A stretch of DNA of 64,000 bases from the NCBI GenBank assembly GCA_905182885.1, contig CAJJCW010000002.1, positions 24,107-88,106 on the forward strand, written 5' to 3'. This DNA is from SAR86 cluster bacterium SAR86B. Its GTDB lineage: Bacteria; Pseudomonadota; Gammaproteobacteria; Magnimaribacterales; D2472. This document shows, one piece after another, positions 60,675 to 64,000 of this stretch (the stretch's first letter is position 1; every line of letters starts with the position of its first letter). A program made the position numbers and the translations under genes. The notes beneath the pieces are model-generated. The model ran no database searches, was not told the DNA's origin, and saw only the letters and a program-made list of their open reading frames with translations.

Positions 60675-61610
60675 TTATTTTTTAGCCAGATCTTTTGGTC
60701 CAATATGTTTTTCATTTCTTCCTCTTGCTATTTCAATCTGTTTTTGTCTGCTCATATATCTAGCCTTTTGCTCCTCAGTCTTTTCATTAAAGCATTTATG
60801 ACAAGCTACACCCTTTATATAAGATAAAGACTTCTTGTCTTCTTCCGTTATTGGCATCCTACATCCATGACACATATCAAAGGTACCCACTGATAAATCA
60901 TGCCTAACAGATACCCTATCATCAAAAACAAAACACTCTCCAATCCACATGGAATCTTGCTCGTCTACAGCTTCAAAGTACTTTAGTATTCCTCCTTTGA
61001 GATGGTTAACATTATTGAATCCATCCTTCTTCATAAAAGAGGATGCTTTTTCACAACGTATTCCTCCGGTACAAAACATAGCAACTTTTTTTGTTTCTTT
61101 ATCTTCTTTGGTAAAATTTTGATTTTTAACCCACTCCGGAAATTCTCTAAATTTAACAGTATTGGGGTTTATTGAATTTTTAAAGGTTCCAATGGAGTAC
61201 TCATAATCATTTCTAGTATCTATGAGGATAGTATTTTCATCAGATATCAAATCATTCCAATTTTCAGGATCAATATATTGTCCAACGATCTTATTTGGAT
61301 CAATGGACTCATCACCAATAGTTACAATCTCTTTCTTTAATTTTATCTTGAGCCTCGCAAATGGATTTTCCTTAGATTCTGAATGCTTGATATCTATATG
61401 ATTAAACCCTTCAGGGTCTTTATCTCCATCCATCATTAATTCAAATATTGTTTTAGCAATTTTTCCAGATATTGTTCCATTCTTTATCAGATTAATTATA
61501 AGTATGGTTCCATATACAGAATAAGATTTAAATTTATTTCTAATCTTTAATTGCAATAAGTTAGGCTCTTTTATCAAAGAGAATTTATACAAAGCTGCTA
61601 CAATATTCAT
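60675..61610 (-). CDS. trhO: Rhodanese-domain tRNA U34 hydroxylase TrhO (YceA/UPF0176 family)
   Basis: AALYKF..., IDTRNDYEYSIGTFKNSI, the active-site loop FCTGGIRCEKAS, GGILKY, and a C-terminal Cys cluster. Confidence 0.8.
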   Translation of the reverse strand: MNIVAALYKFSLIKEPNLLQLKIRNKFKSYSVYGTILIINLIKNGTISGKIAKTIFELMMDGDKDPEGFNHIDIKHSESKENPFARLKIKLKKEIVTIGDESIDPNKIVGQYIDPENWNDLISDENTILIDTRNDYEYSIGTFKNSINPNTVKFREFPEWVKNQNFTKEDKETKKVAMFCTGGIRCEKASSFMKKDGFNNVNHLKGGILKYFEAVDEQDSMWIGECFVFDDRVSVRHDLSVGTFDMCHGCRMPITEEDKKSLSYIKGVACHKCFNEKTEEQKARYMSRQKQIEIARGRNEKHIGPKDLAKK

Positions 61611-61683
61611 TAAATTCTTGTCATTTATATATATGGAAAATAAAACTAAAAAAAATGTTTATCTATTTATAGTTATGATTTTT

Positions 61684-62229
61684 TTATTCTATTATATGTT
61701 TGGGGCATACATCTAAATCAATTGGGGTTATCCCTCTACATGCCTTGCTCTTAAGCCAAGATGAGTCATCTTCAGACCTTATATTGAGATCTTGAACCAG
61801 TTTATAATTTTTGAAATTAATATCATAATCTGAGTAAGCAGACTCTCTTCCGTCCCACTCAAGCTCAGGATGCTCTTTATACAATGGCCCATTTTTATTT
61901 ACATAGTGTATAAATACATTTTTAGAAAAATCTCCTTCAAGCTGATCTCTCCAATGAAGAACATTTATTCCCTGATAAATTAAAACATCACCAGGTTCCA
62001 TTAATAACTTTTTACATCCTGAAGACTTTCTATCTATATCTTCTAATCTTTGAGAGATATCATAAGCACCAGCGTAAGATTGATCTGCATAATTTTTATC
62101 ATTTTTAAGCCAGATTGGCCAAGGCTTTTTATTATCTGTTTTTTGATCGATGCATATGGTTGCGCTAATTTCACAACTTGGTCTATCTCTATGTGCGTAT
62201 AAAACTGAGTGTCTGAGATATTTTCTCAT
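61684..62229 (-). CDS. 2OG-Fe(II) oxygenase-superfamily protein, possibly N-terminally truncated
   Basis: An HxD...H triad candidate: AHRDRPSCEISATICI near the N-terminus and ...PGDVLIYQGINVLHWR later. The ORF begins only about 12 aa before the HxD. Confidence 0.45.
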   Translation of the reverse strand: MRKYLRHSVLYAHRDRPSCEISATICIDQKTDNKKPWPIWLKNDKNYADQSYAGAYDISQRLEDIDRKSSGCKKLLMEPGDVLIYQGINVLHWRDQLEGDFSKNVFIHYVNKNGPLYKEHPELEWDGRESAYSDYDINFKNYKLVQDLNIRSEDDSSWLKSKACRGITPIDLDVCPKHIIE

Positions 62230-62274
62230 AATACTTAGTATTATTTAATGTTTATTAATTTTTCTATATCTTTT

Positions 62275-62499
62275 TCATAATTTAGTTAATAGCATTGCTC
62301 CAAAAGGTGCCGCCCCACACTCTACTGTTTCAAAATCTTCATTCCATTTAGAATTTTCTTTATGAATGCCTTTATTTTTTATAAAAATAGAATCAAAAGG
62401 ATATCGATCATACCCTTTCCATGAGGGTGGAAGAAAAATAAATATAGCGATTACCAAGCCTCTTGCTAAATAATATCTATTTTTTTTAAAAAGATTCAT
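62275..62499 (-). CDS. Small hypothetical membrane protein (74 aa)
   Basis: ORF only, with one predicted TM (GLVIAIFIFLPP). No family recognised. Confidence 0.25.
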   Translation of the reverse strand: MNLFKKNRYYLARGLVIAIFIFLPPSWKGYDRYPFDSIFIKNKGIHKENSKWNEDFETVECGAAPFGAMLLTKL

Positions 62500-62560
62500 C
62501 TGATCCTTTTAACTACTTTTTTTCTAAAAAAATTAATCATCTTGTTAGTTAAGAGAAAAA

Positions 62561-62637
62561 TGGCGCGCCTGAAGAGATTCGAACTCCTGACCCACGGATT
62601 AGAAATCCGTTGCTCTATCCAACTGAGCTACAGGCGC
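62561..62637 (-). tRNA. tRNA-Arg (anticodon TCT)
   Basis: The reverse complement GCGCCTGTAGCTCAGTTGGATAGAGCAACGGATTTCTAATCCGTGGGTCAGGAGTTCGAATCTCTTCAGGCGCGCCA folds as a cloverleaf with anticodon loop TTTCTAA. Confidence 0.9.
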
Positions 62638-62714
62638 TGGTCGGGGTAGTAGGATTCGAACCTACGACCACTCGCTCCCAAAGCGAGTGCGCTACCAGAC
62701 TGCGCTATACCCCG
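62638..62714 (-). tRNA. tRNA-Pro (anticodon TGG)
   Basis: The reverse complement CGGGGTATAGCGCAGTCTGGTAGCGCACTCGCTTTGGGAGCGAGTGGTCGTAGGTTCGAATCCTACTACCCCGACCA folds as a cloverleaf with anticodon loop TTTGGGA. Confidence 0.9.
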
Positions 62715-62723
62715 AAGGTGCAA

Positions 62724-62752
62724 ATATTAAAGTTTATATAAAAAATAAGCAA
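62724..62752 (-). promoter_or_regulatory. Candidate sigma70 promoter for the tRNA-Pro/tRNA-Arg pair
   Basis: The minus strand reads TTGCTT-N17-TAATAT, and the -10 ends 9 nt upstream of the tRNA-Pro 5' end. Caveat: such hexamers are common in AT-rich DNA. Confidence 0.35.
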
Positions 62753-62803
62753 TGATCATATGAATAAATATTAATTAATATTGATTAATGAGATAATAAT
62801 CTC

Positions 62804-63646
62804 ATGACAGCAATAATATTAGATGGTAAAAAATTAGCAACTCTTTCAGAAGAATTCATTAAAAAAGAGGTTTCTATGCTAGTTTCAGCTGGTATTACTC
62901 CAACTCTAGCCACAATATTAGTTGGTCATGACCCTGCTTCAGAAACATATGTAAAAATGAAGAGGAATACATGTAAAAGAGTTGGTATGGAGTCAATAGC
63001 TGTAGAACTTCCAGAATCAACAACAACCGAAGAGCTGTTAAAAGCAATCAATGACTTGAATTCAGATGTTAATGTCCACGGAATTCTTCTGCAACATCCA
63101 ACACCGTCTCACATAGATGAAAGAAAATGCTTTGATGCAATAGATATAGAAAAAGATGTCGATGGTGTAACTTGTCTTGGTTTTGGAAATATGTCTATGG
63201 GAATAGATGCTTATGGTTCATGCACACCTGCAGGAATTGTTAGATTAATAGAGCATTATGAATTGAAGGTAGAAGGTAAACATGCAGTTGTAGTAGGAAG
63301 AAGCCCTATTTTAGGAAAGCCTATGGCGATGATGTTATTGAACTTAAACGCTACTGTTACTATTTGTCATTCAAGAACTAAAAATATTGATTCTATTATT
63401 AAGCAAGCTGATCTAATTGTAGGTGCTGTTGGAATACCTGAGTTTATAAAAACTGAATGGATTAAAGAAGGTGCCATAGTAATCGATGCTGGATTTCATC
63501 CTGAGAAATGCGGAGATATTGATTTATCGGAAATGGATAATATCTCCTCTGCTTATACCCCGGTTCCAGGAGGCGTCGGGCCAATGACTATAAATACATT
63601 GATATTGCACACCATGAAATCTGCAAAAAAACTAATCAATAAATAA
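62804..63646 (+). CDS. folD: Bifunctional methylenetetrahydrofolate dehydrogenase / methenyl-THF cyclohydrolase
   Basis: ILDGKKLA..., [48 protein letters not shown]. Confidence 0.9.
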   Translation: MTAIILDGKKLATLSEEFIKKEVSMLVSAGITPTLATILVGHDPASETYVKMKRNTCKRVGMESIAVELPESTTTEELLKAINDLNSDVNVHGILLQHPTPSHIDERKCFDAIDIEKDVDGVTCLGFGNMSMGIDAYGSCTPAGIVRLIEHYELKVEGKHAVVVGRSPILGKPMAMMLLNLNATVTICHSRTKNIDSIIKQADLIVGAVGIPEFIKTEWIKEGAIVIDAGFHPEKCGDIDLSEMDNISSAYTPVPGGVGPMTINTLILHTMKSAKKLINK

Positions 63647-63648
63647 GC

Positions 63649-64000
63649 TTATTCTTTAGCCTCTTCTTCGATAACTGGCTCATCCACCGATTCTAACTCG
63701 GCTTCAACTATCTCACCCTCTTCTTCTTCGACCTTCTCTCCTGCATCATTTGGCTTGAAAGGGAAAGGCTTATCATCTGTTTCAAATAACAAAAATGATA
63801 ATGTGTCATGAAAAAATTCAATTATATATGCATTGAAGTTTCCTATTGACTCATTTGTTTTAGAAGTAAACAAAAAGAAAAGGAACTGAATAAAGGAGAG
63901 GCCAATGGATATGGATAAGGCAAAATTAATTGCAAAAGCATAACCAAGCATGAATATAAATCTTATCCATTTACTGGTTTTTAAAATTTCATCTTTATCG
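63649..64000 (-). CDS. Hypothetical membrane protein with a strongly acidic C-terminal tail; the N-terminus may lie beyond the window end
   Basis: The ORF track gives 63649..63951, but the frame stays open upstream to position 64000 (…DKDEILKTSKWIRFIFMLGY…). The tail is EKVEEEEGEIVEAELESVDEPVIEEEAKE. Confidence 0.35.
   Translation of the reverse strand, partial: DKDEILKTSKWIRFIFMLGYAFAINFALSISIGLSFIQFLFFLFTSKTNESIGNFNAYIIEFFHDTLSFLLFETDDKPFPFKPNDAGEKVEEEEGEIVEAELESVDEPVIEEEAKE

Noticed and set aside
60675-61610. The segment NLIKNGTISGKIAKTIFELMMDGDKDPEG in TrhO looked like a foreign insertion.
   Set aside because: On re-reading, it aligns with the normal EGINGTISG... N-terminal region of the YceA/TrhO family, so there is no insertion.
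62230-62499. The 74-aa ORF and the 2OG-oxygenase ORF share a reading frame. I considered a single gene with stop-codon read-through.
   Set aside because: Two in-frame stops (TGA and TAA) lie within 15 codons between them, and the upstream peptide has no resemblance to an oxygenase N-terminus.
1-64000. Scan for CRISPR arrays, transposases, integrases, toxin-antitoxin pairs, restriction-modification or other defence modules, and rRNA.
   Set aside because: I noticed no regularly spaced direct repeats, and no ORF has recognisable transposase, integrase, Cas or nuclease-methylase signatures. The window appears to be core chromosome plus small envelope-glycan islands.

Overview
The window is AT-rich (about one-third G+C by eye, not computed) and very densely coded. 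It looks like chromosome from a streamlined Gammaproteobacterium. The conserved block tig-clpP-clpX-lon-hupB-ppiD and the rnhA/dnaQ/gloB/mltD neighbourhood support that class. The low GC, many TonB-dependent receptors and frequent gene overlaps fit a marine oligotroph of the SAR86 type, but that is inference only.

Contents:
- Housekeeping genes: gltX, dnaQ, rnhA, folD, tdk, fabI, lon, clpXP, tig, hupB, ppiD.
- Four tRNAs: Ala-GGC, His-GTG, and Pro-TGG directly abutting Arg-TCT.
- Three TonB-dependent receptors, one heavily decayed.
- A complete six-gene TonB2-type energizer (DUF3450, large MotA/ExbB, ExbB, ExbD, TonB, TPR protein).
- A MacAB-like ABC efflux pump and an MMPL/RND exporter.
- oppABC without ATPase genes.
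- Two small envelope-glycan gene groups (glycosyltransferases, a deacetylase, an ELM1-like protein).
- Assorted metabolic genes.

I saw no rRNA, CRISPR array, transposase, integrase or recognisable defence system.

The most interesting candidates:
1. A LysR-flanked TBDR / DASS symporter / periplasmic gamma-glutamyltranspeptidase unit, next to a signal-peptide-bearing AbgB-like M20 hydrolase. This may be a TonB-dependent scavenging locus for gamma-glutamyl or glutamate conjugates.
2. An unusually high density of single-base frame disruptions in otherwise well conserved genes (clpP, fabI, gloB, a thiolase-like gene, an ELM1-like gene). In addition, one TBDR has a C-terminal half shattered by many frameshifts while its N-terminal 525 codons are intact. 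This could be real decay or indel errors in the assembly, and it must be resolved before any biological interpretation.

All product calls come from reading the translations by eye. No database search was run.
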